Part shown: positions 48,242-57,952 of the stretch, in pieces | Numbering within the stretch: the stretch's first letter is position 1 | Layout: each line of letters begins with the position of its first letter | From: Acidobacteriota bacterium | GTDB taxonomy: Bacteria > Acidobacteriota > UBA6911 > RPQK01 > JAJDTT01 | DNA: 64,000 nucleotides | NCBI GenBank assembly: GCA_965209055.1 | Contig: OZ242374.1 | Coordinates: forward strand, 320,001-384,000 | Direction of reading: 5' to 3' | Notes under the pieces: model-generated | The model's database searches: none | The model's input: the letters and a program-made list of their open reading frames with translations, nothing else | Told to the model about the DNA's origin: nothing | Program-made: the position numbers and the translations under genes

Positions 48242-48282
48242 AAGGGGACAGTCCCGTTTTCACTCGGTCCCGTTTTCACTCG
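48242..48282 (+). repeat. GGGAC-A-GTCCC palindrome and a 16-bp tandem duplication
   Basis: AAGGGGACAGTCCCGTTTT; GTCCCGTTTTCACTCG at 48251-48266 and 48267-48282. Confidence 0.6.
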
Positions 48283-48655
48283 CCGCTTCCCACAGGTCGG
48301 CCAATTGTCGATCGCATCAGCGTCCAATCGATATTTAAAGATCGTCTGATCGATTAACGTACCGCGGTGGAGCGAGCCGCAATGAGCGCGCCGACGGAGT
48401 TGAGTCCGGCCGCGGCGCCGGGTTTCGTCACGGCCTGGGGACCCCCGCCGCGATGATGTCGACGTTGATTTGGCGGTCCCACGAAAGGATCTCCTCATCG
48501 ACAAATTTGATTCTCTTTCCGGAAAAGTCTCGCCGAAGAGGGTGGCGCCTCAGGGAGCGTGGCCACTACAATCGCCGTGCCGCCGGCGGTCCGCACGATT
48601 CTGAATCGCTTACGCCAGCGGGTTTGGATCGAACCTGGGATCTGGAGGGATTGGA

Positions 48656-49888
48656 ATGCAGAGACGCAGTTTTCTTGGCTACGCGCTGCCTTCGGTGGCG
48701 GCGGCGGGAAGCTTGGGACGGGAAGCCTTGGGGGGCGGCGAACCGCTGGGGTCCAGCAGCGGTGTCCTTCCACCGAGACCCGGACCCAGCTCCATCCGGG
48801 AAGGATCGCTGGTGATGGGAGCCATCTCCGGCCACGGCCATGCGGGAGGGCACGTGCGGGTCCTGGACCAACTTCCCGAGGTGGGCAAGATCCACGTCTG
48901 CGCCGCCACCGATCTGGCCGACGTCGAAAAACTCGCCTCCGAATCCTCCAAGGTGGCCACGAAATCCGCCGATCTGGGCAAATTCCTGGCGAGAGACGAC
49001 CTGGACGCGGTGACGGTCTGCGCCCGTCCCGACCAGGCGCCCGGCATTCTGGAGCAGGTCGTCTCAGCCGGTCTGCCGGTCCTTTACGACAAACCGGCGA
49101 CCACCCATTCCTCCCACCTCCGCCGGGTTGCGGAAGTGGCGGAAGAGAAGGGTGTGACGGCCGGCGCCATGCTGCAGTGGCGCTACAATCCCATGGTCAT
49201 GGACTTCAAGCGCGCCCTGGACGACGGAGCCCTGGGCCGCGTCATGACCATCGAGGCCAAGCTCCTGAACGGTCTGGTGGAATACCGGGACACCTCCAGC
49301 TACATCTTCGATCCCAAGACCGCGGGCAGCGGAATCATGTCCTGGTTGGGGTGCCACTGCCTGGACTTGGTGCTGTACCTGATGCAGGAGCGGGTGGTCG
49401 AAGTCATGGCGCTGGTGGGCAACCTGAATCCGGAGCAGATTCCCGTCGAAGACACGGGTTTGCTATTGCTGAGCTTCGAGAGCGGCAAGATGGGAACGTT
49501 CCAGGCCGGATATCACTTGAAGGGGAGCCGGGCCGTCTACGACTTCTACGTCGGCATGCGGGGAACGGAAGGGTATTCCATTTTGCCGCTGGTGGAGCCG
49601 GTGGAGCACGGGACGACGAATGCCGCCGTTGCGGGCGGAACCTACACCCTCTACAGCGAGGCCCGGCATTGGGTCAGCGGCCGCCGTCACCGCAAGACCT
49701 ACATGATTCCCCAGACGCCGGGCTACGGCGGCATCATGGCCGAAGAACTCTTTCGCGATTTCCTGGAGGCGTCCCGAACCGGGGCCCCGGCGCCGTCGCC
49801 GATTCAGGACAACGTCCACATGCTGGAGATCATCGAAGCGGCGAAGGAGTCGTCGGCCACCCGCCGGGCCGTGCGAATTCCGGCGTGA
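48656..49888 (+). CDS. Gfo/Idh/MocA oxidoreductase with a Tat signal
   Basis: MQRRSFLG; DKP, RYNP, GCHCLD. Confidence 0.85.
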   Translation: MQRRSFLGYALPSVAAAGSLGREALGGGEPLGSSSGVLPPRPGPSSIREGSLVMGAISGHGHAGGHVRVLDQLPEVGKIHVCAATDLADVEKLASESSKVATKSADLGKFLARDDLDAVTVCARPDQAPGILEQVVSAGLPVLYDKPATTHSSHLRRVAEVAEEKGVTAGAMLQWRYNPMVMDFKRALDDGALGRVMTIEAKLLNGLVEYRDTSSYIFDPKTAGSGIMSWLGCHCLDLVLYLMQERVVEVMALVGNLNPEQIPVEDTGLLLLSFESGKMGTFQAGYHLKGSRAVYDFYVGMRGTEGYSILPLVEPVEHGTTNAAVAGGTYTLYSEARHWVSGRRHRKTYMIPQTPGYGGIMAEELFRDFLEASRTGAPAPSPIQDNVHMLEIIEAAKESSATRRAVRIPA

Positions 49889-49950
49889 CGAACAGTTGAC
49901 AGGGTTCAAGAGCCGGAGGCCGCTTTGACCGGCCTCACGGGAGGATCCTC

Positions 49951-51624
49951 GTGGCGAAGAAGCTGAGCCGGAGGGAGTTTCAACGGAACGTGGGTGCGCT
50001 GACGCTGGCGGGGACCGGTGTGGCGTCGGCGGGACCGTCCGAGGCCGGGACCCAGCGCCTGTCGCTGCCTCCGCTGTTCTACAACAACGACGGCAGCTTC
50101 CTCTTCTTCCCGGACCCGCCCAGGACGCCTGAGGACTTCGTCTACGAAGCGGTGGGCCGGTTTGCCGGAACCCAGATCGGCGCCGTGGTCTGCCACATGT
50201 TCGGGTTCGGCGACGCGGTTCCCCTGTTTCCCACCCGGGTTCGGGAGGCGGAGGGGATCGACCGGGACAGCTTTCTCCACGTCAGCGAGTGGAAACAGCA
50301 GACTTGTATCCGCGGACTGCTGGACCAGGGCATCGATCCCTGGCAGCTCTCTCTGGAACGGGCCCACGAAGCCGGCATGCAGTACTGGATCGGCATGCGT
50401 TTCAATGACCTGCATGGACCCCGCTTCCAATGGCCCAGCCGGTTCCGGGTCGCCCATCGGGAGTACGAGCTGGGGGAAAACTGCGGCACCGGGGTCCACG
50501 GTCCCGAAAGCGTCTACGGCGAGAAATGCGTCGGCCTCAATTTCGCCATTCCCGAGGTCCGGGCGCACCGGCTCGAGCTGATCGAGGACGTGTGCACCCG
50601 TTACGACGCGGAAGGTTTCGAGTGGGACCTCCTGCGCGAGCCGGGCCATTTTTTCCCCGACATTGACCGGGGAAGGACGACCCTGACCGGGTATCTGCGG
50701 GAGGCCCGGGCCCTGTTCCAACGCATCGGAAGCGACCGGGGCCGGCCCCTGGGATTCGGAGTCCGGGTCCCGGCGACGCTGGAGAAGTGCCATGAGATCG
50801 GACTGGAGCTGAAGACCTGGATCCACGAGGGGTTGGTCGACTACATCTCTCCAGGCGTCCATTGGGACACGGCCACCGGCATGCCCTACGACGAGTTCGT
50901 GGCTCTGGCGAAGGGGACTTCCTGCAAGGTCTACGCTTGTACCTCCGAACAGGTGGGCCCGGGCTACCATCGGCGGCCGCCTGCCGCGACGCTCCGGGCC
51001 GGCGCCGCCAACGCCTGGCGCCAGGGAGTCGACGGGATCTACATGTTCAACTTCCACCACCACATCGGCCACAACCTGAAGGAAGCCGAAGTGGTGTTCC
51101 AGGAGCTGGGTGATCCCAAGACGCTGGAGCACAAGGACAAGCTCTACACCGAGGTCGGATGTTACGACTGCCTGAAGAAGTACCCTCGCAGCAGCGACGT
51201 CTTCCAGGCCTTCGTTCACCAGTTGCCCGAGGCGCTGGCCGAGGGGAAGACCAAGACGGTGGATGTCCTGGTGGCCGACGATCTGGACATGGCGCGGCGA
51301 AGGGGCATGCTCCAGGAGATCAGGTTGAGCCTGACCGTGGTGGGCCTGACCTGGGAGGATGTCCTGGAGTTGAACTGGAACGGGAGTCCGTTGCCCGAAA
51401 ACCCTCGGCTGGAGATCCCCATGAACCGGGTCGGTCCGGGGCCCATCGAGTACCAGGGCAACTACATCATGTCCTACGACCTGACGCACGGAGACTGGAT
51501 CCGGCAGGGGGTCAACCGGCTGGAGGCCACCCTCCAGAAGCGCAACCCCCAGGTCCGCGTCGAAATGATCCTCCACAGCCTGGAGTTGACCATCGAGTAC
51601 CGGACGCTGCCCACCCGGGTATGA
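49951..51624 (+). CDS. GHL10-like putative glycoside hydrolase with a Tat signal
   Basis: SRREFQ; YNNDG, RFNDLH, YDAEGFEWD, GVDGIYMFN. Confidence 0.72.
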   Translation: MAKKLSRREFQRNVGALTLAGTGVASAGPSEAGTQRLSLPPLFYNNDGSFLFFPDPPRTPEDFVYEAVGRFAGTQIGAVVCHMFGFGDAVPLFPTRVREAEGIDRDSFLHVSEWKQQTCIRGLLDQGIDPWQLSLERAHEAGMQYWIGMRFNDLHGPRFQWPSRFRVAHREYELGENCGTGVHGPESVYGEKCVGLNFAIPEVRAHRLELIEDVCTRYDAEGFEWDLLREPGHFFPDIDRGRTTLTGYLREARALFQRIGSDRGRPLGFGVRVPATLEKCHEIGLELKTWIHEGLVDYISPGVHWDTATGMPYDEFVALAKGTSCKVYACTSEQVGPGYHRRPPAATLRAGAANAWRQGVDGIYMFNFHHHIGHNLKEAEVVFQELGDPKTLEHKDKLYTEVGCYDCLKKYPRSSDVFQAFVHQLPEALAEGKTKTVDVLVADDLDMARRRGMLQEIRLSLTVVGLTWEDVLELNWNGSPLPENPRLEIPMNRVGPGPIEYQGNYIMSYDLTHGDWIRQGVNRLEATLQKRNPQVRVEMILHSLELTIEYRTLPTRV

Positions 51625-51671
51625 GCCGGAAGCGGCGGTTGCCAACCGCCGACGAAAGGAGACAACAGCGC

Positions 51672-52799
51672 ATGAACGGTGACACCGACGGTGGAGCGCG
51701 ATCCATCAAATACGGCATGTTCATCATGCCCTACCATCCTTCCGGCAAGCCGCTGGCCCAGTGCTTCGACGAGGACGTCGAACTGGTCATCCGGGCGGAG
51801 GAGCTCGGTTTCGACGAGTTCTGGATCGGCGAGCACCACACCATGAGGTTCGAGCCCATCGTGGTCCCGGAGGTGTTCATCGGACGGGTCCTCGGAGTGA
51901 CGGAGCGGATTCGACTGGGAGCCGCGCCCGTATGCCTCAATCTGCACCATCCGGCGTACGTGGCCACGCGGCTCGGGTTTCTGGATCATCTGTCCAAAGG
52001 AAGGCTCAATCTCTGCTTCGCGCCCAACAGCGTCAGCACCGACATGGAGCTCTACGGCTACCATCCGAAAGATGGCGGCGCCATGACGAGGGAAGCGCTG
52101 GACGTCATCCTCGACTTGTGGGCGTCGGACCCGCCGTACCATCACGAAGGCAAATTCTGGCAGTTCTCGCTGGAAGAGAACGTCGACGAGGCGACGGGGA
52201 TCGGATTCATTTTCAAGCCTCTGCAGCAGCCGCATCCACCCATCGCCATGCCGGGCCTCAGCCGCAACTCGGGCACCCTCACCCTGGCCGGCCAGCGCGG
52301 GTACGCTCCCTTCTCGGCCGCCCTGGCTACCGGAAACGTCCTGGCGGACAACTGGGCCACCTACGCCCGGGCCGCCGCCGAAGCGGGCCGCGAACCCGAT
52401 CCCGGGGCCTGGAAGGTCTGCCGCGCCATCTTCCTGGCCGACACGACCGAGGAGGCGGTGAAGCTCGCCCGCAACAACTCGGTGGGGGGAAACTACGAGT
52501 ACATCGCGTCCCTGATGGACAACTCACTGGGGCACCGGGACATCCTGAAGCGCGACCTCGACATGCCGGACGCCGAGTGCAACATGGATTTCTGGCTCAA
52601 GGAGCAGATCATCGCCGGCGACGTCGACGAAGTGCTCCGGCGGTTGCTGGAGCTCATGGAAGAGAGCGGACCTTTCGGCACCCTGGTCCTGATGGGCTTC
52701 GACTGGGACGACAAGCCGAGTTGGATCCGCAACCTGGAACTGTTCGCCAAGGAGCTGATGCCCGCCTTGAACAAGGCCGTTTCCGGCGTTACGGCGTGA
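51672..52799 (+). CDS. LLM-class flavin-dependent monooxygenase
   Basis: GMFIMPYHP, GFDEFWIGEHH, LDHLSKGR, PLQQPHPP. Confidence 0.9.
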   Translation: MNGDTDGGARSIKYGMFIMPYHPSGKPLAQCFDEDVELVIRAEELGFDEFWIGEHHTMRFEPIVVPEVFIGRVLGVTERIRLGAAPVCLNLHHPAYVATRLGFLDHLSKGRLNLCFAPNSVSTDMELYGYHPKDGGAMTREALDVILDLWASDPPYHHEGKFWQFSLEENVDEATGIGFIFKPLQQPHPPIAMPGLSRNSGTLTLAGQRGYAPFSAALATGNVLADNWATYARAAAEAGREPDPGAWKVCRAIFLADTTEEAVKLARNNSVGGNYEYIASLMDNSLGHRDILKRDLDMPDAECNMDFWLKEQIIAGDVDEVLRRLLELMEESGPFGTLVLMGFDWDDKPSWIRNLELFAKELMPALNKAVSGVTA

Positions 52800-52959
52800 A
52801 CGCCTCCGGTGTGCTGAGCTGCCTGTAGAGGGGATGGAATCTGACTTATTGCAGGCAGGTTCGGCCAGATTCCTGTGGCAGCATGATGGTAGTTGGCGCC
52901 TCTTGGATCCAAGTTTTTCGGAAAGCGGACGGAAGGCGCTTAGCCGAGGAGGAGACCGG

Positions 52960-53655
52960 ATGTTCGATCGAGCAGCAGGGGACCTCCGCGAGCTTCCCTC
53001 CTACACAGTTTCCGAGGTTGCGCACTACCTTACCGTGCCGCCGTCGACCATCCGGTTTTGGTCCGTTGGCCGGGGTCCTTATGAGCCACTCATTGAACTC
53101 CCCGACTGTTCCCCAAACAACCCAACGCTGCTCTCGTTCCTTAACCTCGTTGAACTCCACGTTCTCGCTGCCGTCAGGCGCAAGCATGTTGTAGCAATGC
53201 CGAAGGTCCGAAAGGCCATCAAGTACTTGATGGAGACCGCTCCATCCGTAACCGACCAGCGGCATCCGTTGATCAGTTACGAAATGGAGACAGATGGCCT
53301 GGATCTGTTCATCGAACGCTATGGACGGCTGATCAATATCAGTCAGTCGGGTCAGTTGGCGATGCGGGAGCTTCTCCAAACTGCCTTACATCGGATCGTT
53401 CGCGACTCCCGCAAGGTGCCCATCAGGCTGTATCCATTCACCCGAACCGAAATGCGAGATGCACCCGAGATGGTGGTCATAGACCCAAGGCTGTCTGCTG
53501 GCCGACCCGTGATCGCCGGAACCGGGCTCACAACCCAGATCATTGCCGAGCGCTACAAGGCGGGTGAGTCAGTCACCCAGCTAGCAAGAGACTACGGGCG
53601 TGAAGAATCGGAAATCGAAGAAGCGCTCCGGTGTGAGATCAAGCTCGCCGCGTGA
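52960..53655 (+). CDS. DUF433 / VapB45-like antitoxin
   Basis: YTVSEVAHYL HTH, LSFLNLVE, IDPRLSAGRPVI, AGES; GAGGAG RBS. Confidence 0.88.
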   Translation: MFDRAAGDLRELPSYTVSEVAHYLTVPPSTIRFWSVGRGPYEPLIELPDCSPNNPTLLSFLNLVELHVLAAVRRKHVVAMPKVRKAIKYLMETAPSVTDQRHPLISYEMETDGLDLFIERYGRLINISQSGQLAMRELLQTALHRIVRDSRKVPIRLYPFTRTEMRDAPEMVVIDPRLSAGRPVIAGTGLTTQIIAERYKAGESVTQLARDYGREESEIEEALRCEIKLAA

Positions 53656-53689
53656 GGAACCCGCCCTCTTCCTGGATCGCAATCTCGGA
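53633..53689 (+). pseudogene. Truncated VapC45-like PIN toxin
   Basis: An overlapping GTG start gives RSSSPREEPALFLDRNLG, then the frame runs into the convergent SDR gene. Confidence 0.65.
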
Positions 53690-53706
53690 CTGGTGAGAGG
53701 TTCAGG

Positions 53707-54465
53707 TCAGGCCAGGGCCGCTCCGTCGACGTTCATCACTTGGCCGGCGACGAATGAGGCTTTGTCGGAACACAACCAAACGATGGCCTCGGCGATTTCC
53801 TCGGGCCGTCCCATGCGGCCGATTCTAAGAGAGTCTCGGTATTCCTTGACCTTGTCCGGATAGTCCACTTCCTGCTGGTCGACCATTTCAGTCTGGACGA
53901 ACCCGGGATTGATGGCGTTCACACGGATGTTCCTGGCGACCAGATCGACCGCGGCCGCCCGTGTCAGCATGGTGACAGCCACCTTGGACGCTCCATAAAC
54001 CGCCAGGTCGGGGGTTCCCGCCCCACCGGCGACAGAGGCGATGTTCACGATCACTCCGGACCCCTGCCGAAGCATCTGGATGATTTCATATTTCATGCAC
54101 AGCCAGATGCCCTTGGTGTTGGTCGCCATCACACGATCGTAGTTTTCCTCGGTGCACTCATGGATCTTGCCCATTTCTCCCAGAATGCCGGCGACGTTGA
54201 TCCCGCAATCCAGCCGGCCATGGCGGCTCACGCAGGCCTGGACCAGCGCCTCGACTTCGGCGGCGTTCGACACATCGCAGCCAACGGCCATCGCCTCCCC
54301 ACCGGCCGCTTGGACCAACCGGACGGTCTGGCTCGCTTGGTCCTGTTGCACATCAGCCACGACCACTTTGGCGCCTTCCCGGGCAAGCAGTAGACAGGTG
54401 GCTCGGCCAATTCCTGAGGCCCCGCCCGTTACCAAAGCAATTCGGTTGTTGAGACTGGCTGCCAT
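53707..54465 (-). CDS. SDR family oxidoreductase
   Basis: TGGASGIG, YGASK, VNAINPG. Confidence 0.92.
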   Translation of the reverse strand: MAASLNNRIALVTGGASGIGRATCLLLAREGAKVVVADVQQDQASQTVRLVQAAGGEAMAVGCDVSNAAEVEALVQACVSRHGRLDCGINVAGILGEMGKIHECTEENYDRVMATNTKGIWLCMKYEIIQMLRQGSGVIVNIASVAGGAGTPDLAVYGASKVAVTMLTRAAAVDLVARNIRVNAINPGFVQTEMVDQQEVDYPDKVKEYRDSLRIGRMGRPEEIAEAIVWLCSDKASFVAGQVMNVDGAALA

Positions 54466-54605
54466 GAGAACCTCCTTCGAGCGTCAATGGTTTTTTCGGA
54501 TCTCCGGACGAGAATTCCTATTGTCACTAATCGTTTCTCTCTGTTTCCAGATCTATTGAAAGATGACCGGGAGCTCCAACGCCGCTCTTGGGGAAACCTG
54601 GTCCA

Positions 54606-56363
54606 CTACGGCTTCCACGGTATTCCGGAGCCTTCCTGGAGGGTGACGAGGCGATCCGCTTCCACCCCTTCCCAGATCTCGCTGCCACCCCCGGGCCAGT
54701 GGACGATGACGGCCTCGACCTCTTTGTCCCGGCCCAAGCCGAAGTGCACCCGATGGTCGTTGGCGTTCAGATAGCTGCCGTCGGTATGTGCGCGGCGCCA
54801 TAACGTCCTCTGACCCTGGCGCTGCACTCCCACCCTCGCTCCGACCCCGTCGCGGTTGCTTTGCACCCCCTGCAGTCGAACCTGCAGCCAGTGGTGCCGC
54901 GACCCGGTCCCGTTCAACAGCAACCGCACCGGTCCGTTGTTGTTGGTGATCAGAATGTCCACGTCACCGTCGTTGTCCATGTCGCCGAAGGCCGCTCCCC
55001 GGCTCACTTCCGACAGTTGCAGGGCCGGTCCCGCCTCGGCAGTCGTTTCCCGATAGTTGCCCTTCCCGTCGTTGTGGAACAGTTGGTTGATTTGATCGTA
55101 GGCATAGTCGGCCGGTTCGGCCAGCCGCATCATTCGCACCGCGCCATTGGCCATGAACAGATCCAGGTGCCCGTCATTGTCGTAGTCGAACCACCGGGTG
55201 CCGAAACCGGTGAAATTGTGAACCCGGGTCAATCCGAAACGGCTGGTCTGGTCGGAAAAGCCGCCGGCGCCATCGTTCAGGTAGAGGGTGTGGGTCTCTT
55301 CCGTCAGATGGGTCATGAAGAGGTCTTCGCTGCCGTCGTTGTTGAAATCGGCGGCCGTGACCCCCATGCTGGCTTCCGCCTGGCCGTCGACGTTGAACGC
55401 CGTCCCTGAGAACAACCCCGCCTCTTCGAAGCTTCCGTTTCCCCGGTTGAGCCAGAGTTGATTGGGAGTCTTGTCATTGGCGACGTAGATATCCGTCCAA
55501 CCGTCAACATTGAAGTCCGCGCAAACGACGCCCAATCCATTGCCGAACGCGGCCGCCAGGCCCGCCTGCTCCGTCACGTCGACAAATCGGCGCCCACCGT
55601 CGTTGCGAAAGAACCGGTCCGGCAAAGGGGAATAGACTGTGGGGAAACAGTAATCCCTGGCGCCCGCGGTTCTGCAAACCTGGTTTCCCGCGACCGTGAA
55701 CCCAACGTAGTTTGTCAGGAACAAATCTAGGTCGCCGTCGCGATCGTAGTCCAGGAAGGCGGCGCTGGTGGTCCAGCGGGAATCCTCGGCTCCCACTCCC
55801 TTCATTGGGGTGAAGGTCCCGTCTCCGTTGTTGCGATACAGGAGATTGGGTCCGTAGTTGGTCAGGTAGAGGTCGAGGTCTCCGTCGTTGTCGTAGTCCC
55901 CAACCGCGGCCCCCATCCCGTAGCTGACCGAGTCGACTCCGGCTTGGGCGGTGACCTCCCTGAACTTGAGACTTCCGCCGGGGATCAGATCGTTTCGATA
56001 CAACCGGTGCCCCGGTTTCCACCCGGGATCTGGAGGAAACCAGGACTGGGAGGGAGTCTTGGCCGGTTCCAGCATCGCGCCTTGCACCAGGTAGACATCC
56101 AGGTCGCCGTCGCCGTCGTAGTCCAACAGGGCGGCTCCGGAGCCCACGATTTCAGGCAGGTAAAACTTGCCGCCGGCCCCGTTGAAGTGCTGGAAATCCA
56201 GCCCCACCCGGGAAGCCGCTTCCGAGAAAAGGGGAGTTGGAAGCGATGGGTCTTGCGCCACAAGAGCCGGCCAGGCCGAGGCTCCCCAGAGGAGTCCGGC
56301 CAGCAGCCGGCCGGCGGGCCGTCGGCAGGACCGCCGGGCCGGAGAGGCAGCCACCTTTCTCAT
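54606..56363 (-). CDS. CRTAC1/ASPIC-UnbV family FG-GAP repeat protein
   Basis: Multiple DYDxDGxxD repeats, SRGAAFGD, SNRDGVGA, HFGLG. Confidence 0.9.
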   Translation of the reverse strand: MRKVAASPARRSCRRPAGRLLAGLLWGASAWPALVAQDPSLPTPLFSEAASRVGLDFQHFNGAGGKFYLPEIVGSGAALLDYDGDGDLDVYLVQGAMLEPAKTPSQSWFPPDPGWKPGHRLYRNDLIPGGSLKFREVTAQAGVDSVSYGMGAAVGDYDNDGDLDLYLTNYGPNLLYRNNGDGTFTPMKGVGAEDSRWTTSAAFLDYDRDGDLDLFLTNYVGFTVAGNQVCRTAGARDYCFPTVYSPLPDRFFRNDGGRRFVDVTEQAGLAAAFGNGLGVVCADFNVDGWTDIYVANDKTPNQLWLNRGNGSFEEAGLFSGTAFNVDGQAEASMGVTAADFNNDGSEDLFMTHLTEETHTLYLNDGAGGFSDQTSRFGLTRVHNFTGFGTRWFDYDNDGHLDLFMANGAVRMMRLAEPADYAYDQINQLFHNDGKGNYRETTAEAGPALQLSEVSRGAAFGDMDNDGDVDILITNNNGPVRLLLNGTGSRHHWLQVRLQGVQSNRDGVGARVGVQRQGQRTLWRRAHTDGSYLNANDHRVHFGLGRDKEVEAVIVHWPGGGSEIWEGVEADRLVTLQEGSGIPWKP

Positions 56364-57769
56364 GGCCGCTTGCCCGCCTGCCGCAACCTTTGCAGGAACT
56401 TCCCGACATCGGCCGCCAGTTCACGCTTCCCCATGGAAAAGGCCTTTGCCTGGGCCTTTACGGCAGAGTCGACGGCTTTATCAATCTTGCCCAGACGGGC
56501 GTAGCTGTGAGCCAGTACGTAATGGCGCACCGGGGTTCCCTCATCCTCTACCGTCAGGGTCTTCAGGAAGTGACCGATCGCCTCCGCATTCCTCCCTTGT
56601 TTCTGAAGCAGCAGCCCCAACTGAAAATGGGCATCCATGAATTGCGACCGATTCTCGATCGCCAGGCGAAAGCGTTCTTCCGCCTCTCTCACCTGACCGC
56701 CGTTTGCCAGATTGGCGCCCAATAGGTAATGCGACTCGGCCCGGTAAGGATCGAGCTCCAGAGCTTTCCGGAACGCTGCTTCAGCGTCCCGATCACGCTT
56801 CTGTAGCGTGCGTAGAATACCCAGATTGTGGTGGATTTCGTGAAGCCGGGGATCGAGTTTGTGCGCCGCCCGGTAATGTTCTTCCGCTTTGACCAGGTCT
56901 CCCAGGGTGAGAAAGCTGAAGAACAGGTTGGCGTGCGCCCCGGCATGCCGGGGGTCTTCTTTCAGGGCCCGCTCAAACTCGCCAAGTGCTTCAGAGATTC
57001 GTGCTTTCCGCTGAAATCCCAGTCCTCGCAGGTAGTGGTATTCCGCCTTTGATTGAAGCCGGCGGAGCGAATCCAACAGAGGGTCCACCAGGGGAGGCGG
57101 ATCCCCCTGAACCCGTTGAAAAAGGAGTAGATGCCGGCGAGCCTTCTCTTTTTCTCCCAGGTTGCGGTACACGGTGCCGAGCCCATAGTGGGCGGCGCCA
57201 AAATCGGGCGCCAACCGGGAAGCGGTCCGGTAGCTCTTCAAGGCTGCCCGAGTCTCGCCTCGAGCAAACTGGACCCGGCCGAGTCCGTAATGGGCACGGG
57301 CAGAATCGGGATGTTGCCGAACCACCTGGCGATAAATCTTTCCGCTCTCATCCCAGTCGCCCACCGTCCGAAGCAGTTTGCCGAGTCTCAGTTGCGCCGG
57401 AAGATAGTCCGGGGCCAATTCGACGGCTCTCCGAAAGGCGGGAATCGCTTCTGCCTCCCGGCCGGTCGCGGTCATGGCGACGCCCAGATAGTACGGCCAG
57501 CGAAAGTCGGATGGTTCGATGGACCCGACCCGCCGGTAAAACGTGGAGGCGAGTTCATATTGTCCGAAACCGTGCAGGAGCATTGCCAGCCGGCCATTGA
57601 GTTCGCTATCCGCCGGGTTTGCCAGAGCTTCCCGGTAGGTTTCAAGCAGCCGTTGACGGTCACGGGGCTCGAAAGCGGCCAGCAACCGTTCGGCCAATTG
57701 GGGCGGTGGAGGCGATTCCGGGGTCGCGGCAGCGATGAAAACCAAACTCAAGGTCCAAAGCGGCAGCAT
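56360..57769 (-). CDS. Secreted TPR protein
   Basis: Signal peptide and many TPRs; 4-nt overlap with the CRTAC1 gene. Confidence 0.85.
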   Translation of the reverse strand: MLPLWTLSLVFIAAATPESPPPPQLAERLLAAFEPRDRQRLLETYREALANPADSELNGRLAMLLHGFGQYELASTFYRRVGSIEPSDFRWPYYLGVAMTATGREAEAIPAFRRAVELAPDYLPAQLRLGKLLRTVGDWDESGKIYRQVVRQHPDSARAHYGLGRVQFARGETRAALKSYRTASRLAPDFGAAHYGLGTVYRNLGEKEKARRHLLLFQRVQGDPPPLVDPLLDSLRRLQSKAEYHYLRGLGFQRKARISEALGEFERALKEDPRHAGAHANLFFSFLTLGDLVKAEEHYRAAHKLDPRLHEIHHNLGILRTLQKRDRDAEAAFRKALELDPYRAESHYLLGANLANGGQVREAEERFRLAIENRSQFMDAHFQLGLLLQKQGRNAEAIGHFLKTLTVEDEGTPVRHYVLAHSYARLGKIDKAVDSAVKAQAKAFSMGKRELAADVGKFLQRLRQAGKRP

Positions 57770-57879
57770 GGTCCTGATGATACCTGTTTGCCAAAAATGG
57801 GCTCAAGATGAGGGGCGCACCGGCGAACACCGGAATTGCTGACAAGAAAAGCGTTTTCTGACCGGGCCGTCCGTGTTTG

Positions 57880-57907
57880 TTGTACCGAACGGAGCGGAGG
57901 GTATAAT
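57880..57907 (+). promoter_or_regulatory. Sigma70-like promoter for the GWxTD operon
   Basis: TTGTAC-16 nt-TATAAT. Confidence 0.5.
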
Positions 57908-57952
57908 GGGACCAATTCACCGTCGGTCGGGGTCAGGTTCTCCGAGGTGCCA

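Noticed and set aside
51159-51671. Apparent N-terminal extensions or fusions in the ORF track (LLM, PhyH copies, 4958-6154, dipeptidase)
   Set aside because: They overlap upstream genes; downstream starts fit the family N-termini and RBS positions.
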